Virus record (IMG/VR): IMGVR_UViG_3300045988_176028
Origin: a virus
Strand: one strand, 5' to 3'
Length of the DNA stretch: 64,000 nt
The translations under genes were made by a program, and so were the position numbers. The notes under the pieces were generated by a model. The model was not told where the DNA came from, did no database searches, and saw nothing but the letters and a program-made list of their open reading frames with translations. Below are positions 35,580 to 44,587 of the stretch, in pieces. Position 1 is the first letter of the stretch. Each line of letters begins with the position of its first letter.

Positions 35580-36344
35580 ATGAACGAAGGAACCTATGGG
35601 CTGGAGACCCTGAAAGCCGACTATCATACGATACTCGGCTACGATATCGGCTATCTCACCGCGGAATCCTATCCACTGTTCGCACCCTATCGTGCGAAAA
35701 CCAAGAACAGTTTCTCCGGTAGAGTACCGAGACTGTTAAGCATAATCATCACCACTCTCATTAACACGCCAAGCCGCGAATGGGATGCGGAAACCCGCAC
35801 GCTCACCATCGGCGACGACTTCTTCTTCCTCGCCAACAAATGCGGTTTGAACAGTGGAGGAGACGGACGCACTACCGTCCGGAACCAGCTTCTCATGCTC
35901 TCGTCAATCCAGTTCACCGGAGCGGACGGAGTCAAAGTCACGCCGGTCGAACACACCGAAATCACCGCCGACAGTCTCACTATCGAGCATCGGAAAATCA
36001 CGTTCACGGAACCGTTCGTAAAAATGATGACAAGGAACGTCCGGCAGATGCCGTTGAAGTGTCTGTACCCCAACGCGGGTAGCGCCATAGCGATAGACCT
36101 GCTCGCATTGGCGGCATTGTATTGTCCGAACGACCATAGGCTCATCATCGAACGGGCAGACCTTCCATCACTGCTTCCAGCAAGCAGGCAAAGCCTCTCC
36201 AAGCAGAATCTTCTAAATAGATTCAAGGAGTTAAACGACAGTCAGAACGAGTGGACGTATCGTATAACGAAATACAGTGTGACCATCAGCCCGTTCGGAG
36301 TGTACTCATCCGAAGACGCTTTGAGATTACGTCGCAGACAATAG
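35580..36344 (+). CDS. hypothetical protein, 254 aa; weak resemblance to RepA-family initiators
   Basis: Complete ATG ORF, RBS AAGGAG. GRVPRLLSIIITTLIN...FFFLANKCGL...GGDGRTTVRNQLLMLSSIQF loosely parallels the YG-x-PR-x(4)-I...GG...L...L layout of the RepA at 50525..51394. Confidence 0.4.
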   Translation: MNEGTYGLETLKADYHTILGYDIGYLTAESYPLFAPYRAKTKNSFSGRVPRLLSIIITTLINTPSREWDAETRTLTIGDDFFFLANKCGLNSGGDGRTTVRNQLLMLSSIQFTGADGVKVTPVEHTEITADSLTIEHRKITFTEPFVKMMTRNVRQMPLKCLYPNAGSAIAIDLLALAALYCPNDHRLIIERADLPSLLPASRQSLSKQNLLNRFKELNDSQNEWTYRITKYSVTISPFGVYSSEDALRLRRRQ

Positions 36345-36410
36345 TCCAAGCATGAAAAGAGGGGAGCCGACCGTAAGGCCGACTCCCCTCAATGATGTCG
36401 GGTTGGAAAC

Positions 36411-37133
36411 TCAGATTTTCAGCTCATCGATAACGGAAAGGTCAACACCGTCACCCCAATTATCGACAATCTTGCTCAGGTTCTTACGCATTCCGGCAGG
36501 AGACTGGTCGTCAACCGGACGTCCGAAATTCTTCTCCGGCGCGACCGCGTTCAGCACGGAGAACAGCAGGTTGGTCATATCCTTGCCCTGCGCGAACACC
36601 AACGTCACCTCTGCGGCAATCATGCCCGGCTCGGCTGTAGCCAACCCTTCCAACGCGGACGCGAACTCAGAGATTCGACGTTGGTTCTTCGGCTCAGTCA
36701 ATGCGTCCAGCACTGCTTCCGGAGTGCTCTTCTTCGTATCAGTCAACGCCTTGGCGAGAGAAACCACACGCTCGTCATCCAACGATTTGACAAGAGGAAT
36801 CAGCTTCTTGCCGAACTGTTCCTCGATGTGCGGCATGGTCTTCTCACGCGGTTTGCGATTGGAACGGCCCTTACCCTTCCCCCTCGGCTTGTCTTCGGTT
36901 TCAGTGGACTCAGCGTCCACGTTCACATCCTCACCATCAGCCGGTGCGGACACGTCAGAGACAGGCTCCGAACTCTCCTGATTAAGAGAATCGGATTCCG
37001 TCTGCGACTCCTCGACAGAAGACTGCTCCGGTTCAGCATAATTGTCGGAACCGTAACCATTGTCCTGCTCCGACTGCTGGTTGTTGTTGAATCCCCAATT
37101 GGTGAAGTCTGGCATCATACCTTCTTTCGTCAT
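36411..37133 (-). CDS. acidic low-complexity N-terminus plus helical C-domain protein, 240 aa
   Basis: Complete ATG ORF convergent with 35580..36344. The N-terminal ~110 aa is rich in Asp, Glu, Ser and Gln. Confidence 0.6.
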   Translation of the reverse strand: MTKEGMMPDFTNWGFNNNQQSEQDNGYGSDNYAEPEQSSVEESQTESDSLNQESSEPVSDVSAPADGEDVNVDAESTETEDKPRGKGKGRSNRKPREKTMPHIEEQFGKKLIPLVKSLDDERVVSLAKALTDTKKSTPEAVLDALTEPKNQRRISEFASALEGLATAEPGMIAAEVTLVFAQGKDMTNLLFSVLNAVAPEKNFGRPVDDQSPAGMRKNLSKIVDNWGDGVDLSVIDELKI

Positions 37134-37279
37134 ATCCAGCGAACACTCCGGTCGTACAGGCTGTTAACAGTCGGAACGAGGTGTTCTGTATTTTCAATTC
37201 ACGAGTGTAACGCCCGACAGCATCCCTAAACGGGGAAAACGGGAAAAACAATTCCCCGCGCCGCCCGCGCCGGTAGTTC

Positions 37280-38010
37280 CAACAGAAAAGCGGAACCAAA
37301 AAGAGTCCCCAACAAATATGAAAAAAGGAACAACACCCGACCATTATCAGAAAAAACATGAAAACCATCCAGTCCACGCCGGTAGGTCAACATGAATAGC
37401 AGACTCAAAAAAAAGAGAAAAACCAAAAATCAAAAAGACTAAAAGAAAGGAAGCACTACCCACCAAAAAATCAGAAAAAGAAACCAAACACCATCACATC
37501 AAAAAAGAATAACCAAGAAAATCAGAAAGAAAAGAAAAACCAAAAGGAAGAAAAGGAGAATATAAGAGCAGCAATCTTAATCAAATAGAAGCAACAGAAG
37601 AACAGGACAATAAAAGAAGAAACACCTACCCCTAAATCGGGAATACAACGTATGAAAACAACAGAAGCAACGCAACCATCCACAAAGGAACAGCACATCA
37701 ACCCATATGGCATACAAAACAGAAGAACAACAGCACCAAACACCCCAAGAAACAAGAAAAGCCAAGCAACAGCACCACAAGGCAACAGGTCAAGCACCAG
37801 CACCAGCACAAACAACAACCAACAGCCACTACAACAACAAAAACAACAAAAAGGTCAATAGTCTCACTAACAAGGTCAACGACAATCAAAACAAGGTAAC
37901 ATCAATACAGGAACAGCCAATGCAATGAAAAAAGCAACAGCAAAACCAACAAAAAACTAAATATCAAAAAACTATAAATGCCAGAACTCGGACAAAACCG
38001 TAAACGTTCC
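37280..38010. other. ~0.75-kb non-coding A/C-rich, T-depleted tract
   Basis: Hand count gives 15 T in the 240 nt of 37621..37860 (about 6%). G is also scarce, there is no clear tandem periodicity, and no credible ORF. Confidence 0.8.
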
Positions 38011-38027
38011 GATGAAAACAACGGAAC

Positions 38028-39242
38028 ATGACCCATCAGGAGGCGGTCTTATTGGAAAAACGAACGATTTCCCTGATAATCGGCTCCGGAGGGCTTCTCA
38101 CAACTATCAAAAAGGCCCTTACGAGAGCTGGAAACATGCGTTGGCAGGTGCCCGCCGCAGACAATATTCAAGCACAGGCCGACTATCTGGTAAGACATCC
38201 GGTGCCCTCCGGGTTCAAGGGAATCATCTTCACTGACAGGGCTGGAAACTGGCTTCCGATAGCCAACGCCGGATACATGGTCTACTGGTGCAACACCGGT
38301 CAGATACCGGTCGGAGCCATAGGCATGAGCGAACAGATGTTACGCATGAGCGTGGCTGATTTCGCACGGACTTATTGGGGAATCCAGCTTGCGGACAAGC
38401 GTCTCGTAGTCGATATCCTCCAAAACAAAGTGAAGGAAACTGCGGTTCTCCTACCCATCACATCCAACACCGGAGGAGTGGGGAAGACCACGTCCAGCCG
38501 ACAGTTGGCAGACCGTGCGTCGCAAGCCGGATTGCGTGTTCTGCTCATCGACGGCAACATCAGACAGTCCAGTCAACGTAGTTTTTTCGACCCGAGACAG
38601 GACAAGCCATTGCATACGATAGCCGACTGGCGACCGGGCATGCAGGTGCAGGTCGGAGCCAATCGAGGACGTGACCTTGGGGTTCCATACGACATCTGTT
38701 TCGCACCTCCAGCAGGCGTCGGAGTGGACTGGCAGATATACCGTCAGTACATCCAAGCGGCACGCCGACTGTGGGATTTCGTCGTGCTCGACCTTGACCG
38801 AATCAGCGCGGACGATTTGGATGATAGGGAGAATATCGCCAACGGTTTACTGCTTCCATACATTCAATCGGGAGACCCTTGTCTGGTTATCATCAAGGCT
38901 GGAAGGCAGACGCAGATAGACGCGTTGAATCTGCTGACGGCCTTGGCTGAGCATCATCTTCCGAAGGAACTCATCGGAATCAAGGACACCGTTCCGGTCG
39001 GACTGCAAGGTTACAGACGACTCGACTATACGAGATACGGAACGTTTCTCGGAACCGAATATCAGACGGTCGAGGCAAGCAACCATATCGCCAACGGTGA
39101 TGTCAGATGGGATGACCCCGGTCTTGCTTTTGCTAGGGAGAACATTCTTAACTGGGCTTTGCCCGACCGTGGTTTCAATCCGGAAAGATTCAATCCGAAC
39201 GCTAAGAACAGTGAAGGAAAGAAAGGTCGTGGGCGTAAGTGA
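38028..39242 (+). CDS. ParA/MinD-superfamily P-loop ATPase with N-terminal extra domain (CpaE/TadZ-like layout)
   Basis: Deviant Walker A context ITSNTGGVGKTTSSRQLA...LLIDGN around residue 150. An alternative start is the TTG at 38052, 8 nt after AGGAGG. Confidence 0.65.
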   Translation: MTHQEAVLLEKRTISLIIGSGGLLTTIKKALTRAGNMRWQVPAADNIQAQADYLVRHPVPSGFKGIIFTDRAGNWLPIANAGYMVYWCNTGQIPVGAIGMSEQMLRMSVADFARTYWGIQLADKRLVVDILQNKVKETAVLLPITSNTGGVGKTTSSRQLADRASQAGLRVLLIDGNIRQSSQRSFFDPRQDKPLHTIADWRPGMQVQVGANRGRDLGVPYDICFAPPAGVGVDWQIYRQYIQAARRLWDFVVLDLDRISADDLDDRENIANGLLLPYIQSGDPCLVIIKAGRQTQIDALNLLTALAEHHLPKELIGIKDTVPVGLQGYRRLDYTRYGTFLGTEYQTVEASNHIANGDVRWDDPGLAFARENILNWALPDRGFNPERFNPNAKNSEGKKGRGRK

Positions 39243-40435
39243 CATTCGATGACCGTTTTCTTTTCGACCCGAACGACGAGAATCTTTGGAAGACCGGAAG
39301 CATTGCCGACTGGTATAAAGGCAACGACATGTTCGAGATGGAGCATCCCGGATTGTTCGCGCAGACCCACCCGTGGTTCGTTGCGAACAAACTGTTCGCG
39401 GAGACAATGGTGAAAGCGAACAGCGAACTCGTTTCGAGTATCCTCGGCGCATTGTTCACTTGGAAGACATGCACGGTTGACCAACTACGTGCGGGACTTT
39501 CCATCAAAGGCGCTCCCGCTTTCGAACGTGACGAACCGAACCTGTATGGTGCGATGAACCGTTTGGGAATCATCAACGTCGGTTTCAGTCAGGCGGAACG
39601 ATTGTACGGTCAGACCGTGAATCATGTTTGGCTTTCACCGTCGAACAGTCCACGTCTTATCAACCGTGCGATGAAATTGTACGGGATGGAAAAGTGGATG
39701 CGTGAGACGATGGCGGTTTCCTATTACGCGGGGAATCGTTTCCATGTTCGGCATAACACTTATGCGGCGCACGCGGGATTGATGTTGGCACGCGATTCAC
39801 GCGTGAAATTCTCATCCGGTGATGGTTGGGGAAAATTCCGTAGCGTTGACCCACAGGCTGTTGCCGAGTCGAAGGTCGGCAAGGCTTGCGCGACCGACGT
39901 GGTGACGTTGTGCCGGAACAATGTGTTGGCGGGTATCGAAATCCAAACGTCCAACAGCGAATTGGATAAGAAGATGCAGAACTGGGCTAAGATGCTCGCC
40001 TATTCTCCGATGAAGCGTCGCGGACTCATCTGCGTATGGTTGCAGATACCGAAGGCAAACGAAGGTTACGAATCGTTCAACGCGGTGGTACAACGCACGC
40101 AAGGCATGACGGAAATGGTCGTGGGCAATCCTACCGTGTCGCAACGAATGGGAATCGCGGTCTGGGACGAATGGTTCGAGCATGGGATGCCGACCGACAG
40201 GTTCGGTGACTATACGGATATGAGTGGAACACGACGCAACATTTTCTCCGACGAGTGGGCGCAATATACTCCGCAGGTTCGTGACGTTCGCAAAGTCAGC
40301 GAATGGGGTTGGGACGTGACGCGAGACATCATAAAGAAGGATTGGGGTTGGGATGTTTCCGGTTGGACAATGCCGGAAGCGTACCGTGGCGGTTTCTACG
40401 GTTTCATTGGAAAGGATTGCGATGGTCTCCACTGA
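39239..40435 (+). CDS. replication-relaxation (Replic_Relax)-like protein, candidate relaxase
   Basis: N-terminal wHTH-like ILGALFTWKTCTVDQLRAGL. Later H...D...E-x-Q arrangement (HVRHNTYAAHAGL; ATDVVTL; GIEIQTSNSELDKK), as I recall for PF13814. Unverified. Confidence 0.45.
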   Translation: MTFDDRFLFDPNDENLWKTGSIADWYKGNDMFEMEHPGLFAQTHPWFVANKLFAETMVKANSELVSSILGALFTWKTCTVDQLRAGLSIKGAPAFERDEPNLYGAMNRLGIINVGFSQAERLYGQTVNHVWLSPSNSPRLINRAMKLYGMEKWMRETMAVSYYAGNRFHVRHNTYAAHAGLMLARDSRVKFSSGDGWGKFRSVDPQAVAESKVGKACATDVVTLCRNNVLAGIEIQTSNSELDKKMQNWAKMLAYSPMKRRGLICVWLQIPKANEGYESFNAVVQRTQGMTEMVVGNPTVSQRMGIAVWDEWFEHGMPTDRFGDYTDMSGTRRNIFSDEWAQYTPQVRDVRKVSEWGWDVTRDIIKKDWGWDVSGWTMPEAYRGGFYGFIGKDCDGLH

Positions 40436-40862
40436 GGAATCATTCCAACAGACGCAGGACGCGTTGGATGTAGCAAGATTGGAACGTGCGCGGGCTTTGC
40501 AACAGGTTCAGACATTATGTGAGACGGGACGTAGACATTTGGTCATTCCGTTTCTGATGGCGAACATGCAACGTGTTCCCGCATTACGGAAGATACGACT
40601 CTGGCAATTGGATTCGATAATGTTCAACACTTCCCGGCGGATTGCGAACAAAACAATCCGCGTCATGCGTGAAACCATCAACGATGATTCGAGCGTGAAC
40701 GACGGTTACGTGACATTGGGTTGGGCTTTGGAGTCGAAGGAGAAAACCGTCCGTATGACTACATGGCTTCTCCAATTGTCGTTACGTGAGAAGCTTTCCA
40801 CTTTCCAGAAGCCGGAAGGTTTCCCATACGCGCAGTTGTATCAGCAGAGCACGAATGATTAA
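40422..40862 (+). CDS. hypothetical protein, 146 aa
   Basis: Internal ATG at 40422 (MVSTEESFQQ), RBS AAAGGA. Overlaps the previous gene end by 14 nt. Confidence 0.45.
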   Translation: MVSTEESFQQTQDALDVARLERARALQQVQTLCETGRRHLVIPFLMANMQRVPALRKIRLWQLDSIMFNTSRRIANKTIRVMRETINDDSSVNDGYVTLGWALESKEKTVRMTTWLLQLSLREKLSTFQKPEGFPYAQLYQQSTND

Positions 40863-40887
40863 ACAAAAAAGGAAAGGAAGGTAAAAC

Positions 40888-43548
40888 ATGGGTAATCCGA
40901 ACTGGTATCAGATAACCAGAACGTTGCAACAGTTAGACCCGGACGAGCAACGTTCTAAAGTGGAGAGCATTCCAGCCGAACTGGATGGTTGCACCCTTCT
41001 CCTCATCAAGAAGGGCGAGGAGCCGGTCAAGGAATATATTTACGGTGACGGCGAGGGAATCGTCAACGCCGGACAGTTGGCTGGTTTTGACGCGAGACTG
41101 GTCGAAGACGACGACGGGCCGGTGTTGCCGGATGGCGTGAACAGTGCGGCGCATCCTCTTGTACCATTTCGCGCCCGGTTGAACTCGAAAAGCAACATGG
41201 AGAAGATGCGGACGAACTATTCCGGCGTTCGTACAAGCATCGAGAAGGTCATGCCGCCGGACAGTTATGTGAGCGTCACGCTTCGCAATCAGGGATACTT
41301 CGAGCAGATTCGCATTCGTAATTGGATTAGCGACGAATACAATGCGGTGGAGGATTCAAGCGAACTCGCTTCGACCAACACGATGTGCGCCCGTGTGAGT
41401 TTCGGTTGCCGTCAGGCTTCGCGTAACCGACAGCTTGCGCAGAAGATTGGTCAAATCATCTGTCCGCTCATATCCAACATGTCCAGTCATGCGAGCCGTC
41501 CGAAATTCGGTTTGCTGTTCGTCAGCATGCTGTTGGAAGTGTTGTCCGTGATTTGGAGTGTGTGCGGTCTTGCAAGAGGATACGTGATGGATGGCGTGTT
41601 CCCATTGTTCCATTCCGCTTGGGGTTTCGGAATCGCGCTTCCACTGCTTGCGGTGACGTTGGTCGTGTTCCTGTTCCTCATGCTGTTGTCGTGCATTCCG
41701 TTCGTTTACATTCCGCGACCTCAGATTGCCGGTGGCGCGGTGGCTCTCATGCTTTACCTGCTGTTGGGGTTGCTTCCGCTCCCGACATTCATTCCGATTC
41801 TTTTCGTTCCTCTTCTTGTATTCGCGTTCATCCGTTGGAAGAATTGGACGTTGTGGGATGACATTTTCCAAACGCCACGCAGATATTATGCGATTGCGAA
41901 CGACCGTGGCGCGAACGAGTCCGATAATCAGACCCGTCTTGGCGTGCGAACTCATAAGGAGCGTGTGTCGGCTTATGGTGCGCAACGTACCACGTTGATT
42001 CTTTCCCCGATTATCGTGAGTTCCGTGTTCACTCCGGTCACTCAGGGAGTGGCGATGAAGCAGGAGTTGCATCCGGTTCCGGAAGTATTGTCTCATGATG
42101 GCATCTTCCTCGGGAAAGACGATACGGGACGTAACTGTTATCTCGACCCGTCGCAATTGTTCGGCGGTATCGCCATCAACGGTGAAGCCGGTTCCGGTAA
42201 GACAGTTCTCACTCATGGCATCAGCCAGTGGGCAATCAGCGCACGAGAAACCACCAGTCCGAAAATCTGGGGGCGCGACTCCCGTATCATCCATTTTTGG
42301 ATGAAGGATGATACCGGCGTCAACGTGTTGGAACGTTATCGCAAACGTCACGGTTTCACCAGTCCGCAGCGAGTCGTCTACTTGGCAGACCCGAACAGTG
42401 TATGTTTGGACATGCTTGGCATGAAGGACGGGAACAATGCGATGGAGACTGCGGCGAGCGTGGCGAAAACCATGCGCTACTCGTTCGATGACGGTGATAT
42501 TCTGAACGACTCGCAGAACATCATCACCCAAGCGTTGACCATCGGCGTGGCGGTTGACCGTTACGTGCAGGAGGAGCGCAAGCATAATCCCGAATCCGCG
42601 AACAAGGATTGGGAAAGCGAGATTGTGAAACGTTGCCACCAGCTCGAACAATCGTATCCGGGTGCGGAACAGTTGCGAATGCAGTTGAGTCCAATCGGAT
42701 GGGCCGTCGTCGCATTATGCGGTTCCGACGGTCAGGCCGGTTCCGCGAAAGCGTTGGGCCATGTGTGCCGCGCGTTGAGCATGGAGTTGAAGAGTGGCTA
42801 CATGTTCGAGGAGATGACGTATGCGGCTCGTGCGGCCGAACAATTGTATGGCCGTCCGGATGCGGCTGGTCATACGGTTCGTTCCGACCGTGACATTCTT
42901 ACGAAGACGAACGCTTCGTTGAACAAGGTGAACCAGTTCCTTCCCATCGAACACATGTTCACCGCACGCCGTGGCAAGGTGACTTGGACGAACATTCTCG
43001 ACCATGCTGGCGATTATCACATTGTGCTCGCACCACATAATGGTTATTCGTTGCCGGAACGTATGGATAAGATTCTCGGCGGCTGGCTCATGTACCGTTT
43101 CTGGAATACGGTGTTCGCGCATTGCAAGGATTGGGACAAGGCGGGCAAGTGGACGATGCTCGTGTGCGACGAGTTGAGCCTGTTGGCTAACGGCAATGAT
43201 GGCATCATGCCCGCATTGCGCGAGCAGGGCCGTTCGTTCGGTCTTCTTCTCGTGTTCGCCACCCAGTATCCGACCCAGTTGTCCGACGCGATGTTGGATT
43301 CGTTCATCGGCTATTCGACGTTCATCACATACAATACGACGATTCCGCGTATCGCCGATATGACGGCGAAGCGTCTGACGAACAATGACGGGGAGGATGG
43401 TTGGCGTTCAGGTGCGGTCATGAATCTTCCGCGTTATGCGGCGGCTGTTCGCACTCGAACCCAAGAACAGTTGCAGCCGACATTCCTTGTCCATGTGAAC
43501 GATTTCGATAACGGTTATCGCAATGGTGACATGGACGATGATGACTAG
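40888..43548 (+). CDS. membrane-anchored P-loop ATPase of the transfer apparatus (VirD4/TcpA-type coupling protein or VirB4-type; not discriminated)
   Basis: 886 aa. Four to five hydrophobic helices around residues 200-330. Walker A INGEAGSGKTVL and Walker B MLVCDELSLL. RBS GGAAAGGAAGG. Confidence 0.65.
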   Translation: MGNPNWYQITRTLQQLDPDEQRSKVESIPAELDGCTLLLIKKGEEPVKEYIYGDGEGIVNAGQLAGFDARLVEDDDGPVLPDGVNSAAHPLVPFRARLNSKSNMEKMRTNYSGVRTSIEKVMPPDSYVSVTLRNQGYFEQIRIRNWISDEYNAVEDSSELASTNTMCARVSFGCRQASRNRQLAQKIGQIICPLISNMSSHASRPKFGLLFVSMLLEVLSVIWSVCGLARGYVMDGVFPLFHSAWGFGIALPLLAVTLVVFLFLMLLSCIPFVYIPRPQIAGGAVALMLYLLLGLLPLPTFIPILFVPLLVFAFIRWKNWTLWDDIFQTPRRYYAIANDRGANESDNQTRLGVRTHKERVSAYGAQRTTLILSPIIVSSVFTPVTQGVAMKQELHPVPEVLSHDGIFLGKDDTGRNCYLDPSQLFGGIAINGEAGSGKTVLTHGISQWAISARETTSPKIWGRDSRIIHFWMKDDTGVNVLERYRKRHGFTSPQRVVYLADPNSVCLDMLGMKDGNNAMETAASVAKTMRYSFDDGDILNDSQNIITQALTIGVAVDRYVQEERKHNPESANKDWESEIVKRCHQLEQSYPGAEQLRMQLSPIGWAVVALCGSDGQAGSAKALGHVCRALSMELKSGYMFEEMTYAARAAEQLYGRPDAAGHTVRSDRDILTKTNASLNKVNQFLPIEHMFTARRGKVTWTNILDHAGDYHIVLAPHNGYSLPERMDKILGGWLMYRFWNTVFAHCKDWDKAGKWTMLVCDELSLLANGNDGIMPALREQGRSFGLLLVFATQYPTQLSDAMLDSFIGYSTFITYNTTIPRIADMTAKRLTNNDGEDGWRSGAVMNLPRYAAAVRTRTQEQLQPTFLVHVNDFDNGYRNGDMDDDD

Positions 43549-43578
43549 CTTTTAGCGTTCATCATATTGCTTTTCAAA

Positions 43579-43615
43579 ATCCGTTCGGAACTTTCAACTT
43601 CCGGACGGATTTTTT
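43579..43615 (+). terminator. rho-independent terminator
   Basis: Stem atccgttcgg pairs with ccggacggat (one mismatch), followed by ttttt. Confidence 0.6.
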
Positions 43616-43714
43616 ATACCTAAAAACCTCGCTATGACTGTAAACAACCGCGTAGGTTGATAGGATGAAAAATGCAGGAGAGTTCCGTTTGGAAAACGAA
43701 AGGGAACTCAAAAA

Positions 43715-44059
43715 ATGGGTGGAACCATTACCTTGGCTGGAAGCAGCCTTGAGAGCACCTATCATAAGATGTTCGACACCATTTTGAGCAGTAGCGCGGG
43801 AACCGTGTTGACCAACATCGGTCTTGCCGCCGCAGTGCTTCTCGCACTCGGCCTTATCGTCGGTGGCATTTGCAAGGCGTTGGGACGCCAAAACAAGCTC
43901 GTGCAGATGTTCTGCCCGAACATCGGACGTATTCTCGTCGTCCTCGCAGTCGGATTCATTCTCGCTGGCCCGACCTTCACCATTCCGGCAATTCTTAAGT
44001 TGATTGACTGGTTCGTTGACGCGGTTGGCGGCAGTGGAAAGACCTATCTGGGAATCTGA
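43715..44059 (+). CDS. small membrane protein, 114 aa (VirB2/TrbC-like topology)
   Basis: Complete ATG ORF with two long hydrophobic helices. Function is inferred from position in the transfer block only. Confidence 0.5.
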   Translation: MGGTITLAGSSLESTYHKMFDTILSSSAGTVLTNIGLAAAVLLALGLIVGGICKALGRQNKLVQMFCPNIGRILVVLAVGFILAGPTFTIPAILKLIDWFVDAVGGSGKTYLGI

Positions 44060-44164
44060 CATCCGCAGAAGGAAAACCGGAGTGGATATGCGAAGAGGAC
44101 CTTTCCGGTTCTGTTCCCACTCCGGTTTTCTTTTAAGAACCTTACGTACGAAAAGAGTTGAATC

Positions 44165-44587
44165 ATGAGCGATGAGGAAGACGAAGGATACAAAGGCCCC
44201 TTGCATCCGAGGTTGACAATGGACGACATCACGGAAGTGTCCGGCCCGGAGGAAATCGAACGGAAGAACACGTTCCAGATAACCAAGAACACTGAGGCCC
44301 GTTCCAAAACCGTGTTCTCCGTTATCGTCGGCGCATTGGCGGGCTTGGCTCTTTGCCTCATATTCGCCCCGTTGCTCGGATACATGTTCAGCTCGTTCTT
44401 CGTACTGTTGGGCGGAATACTGGCTCCGTTCTTCGCAGTCGGCACCATTAGAGACCGCACCCAACAGACACGGTGGAAGAGAACCTTGCAGGATATGAAG
44501 AGCCGCAAGATTGAAGGGCAGGTCTTCTACCCGAATTCCACTCAGCCGGAAAACATTATCGACCTTCAAGAAATGGAAATCCGTTGA
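44165..44587 (+). CDS. membrane protein, 140 aa
   Basis: Complete ATG ORF with a central pair of hydrophobic helices (VFSVIVGALAGLALCLIFAPLLGYMFSSFFVLLGGILAPFFAV). Confidence 0.55.
   Translation: MSDEEDEGYKGPLHPRLTMDDITEVSGPEEIERKNTFQITKNTEARSKTVFSVIVGALAGLALCLIFAPLLGYMFSSFFVLLGGILAPFFAVGTIRDRTQQTRWKRTLQDMKSRKIEGQVFYPNSTQPENIIDLQEMEIR

Noticed and set aside
37226-37928. Track ORFs inside the A/C-rich tract (37226..37426, 37522..37818, 37577..37780, 37698..37889 minus; 37652..37861, 37707..37928 plus)
   Set aside because: Their compositions (Phe/Leu/Val/Cys strings, or Gln/Thr/Asn/Lys strings) are what any frame of a T-depleted sequence yields. They have no RBS and overlap each other in several frames.
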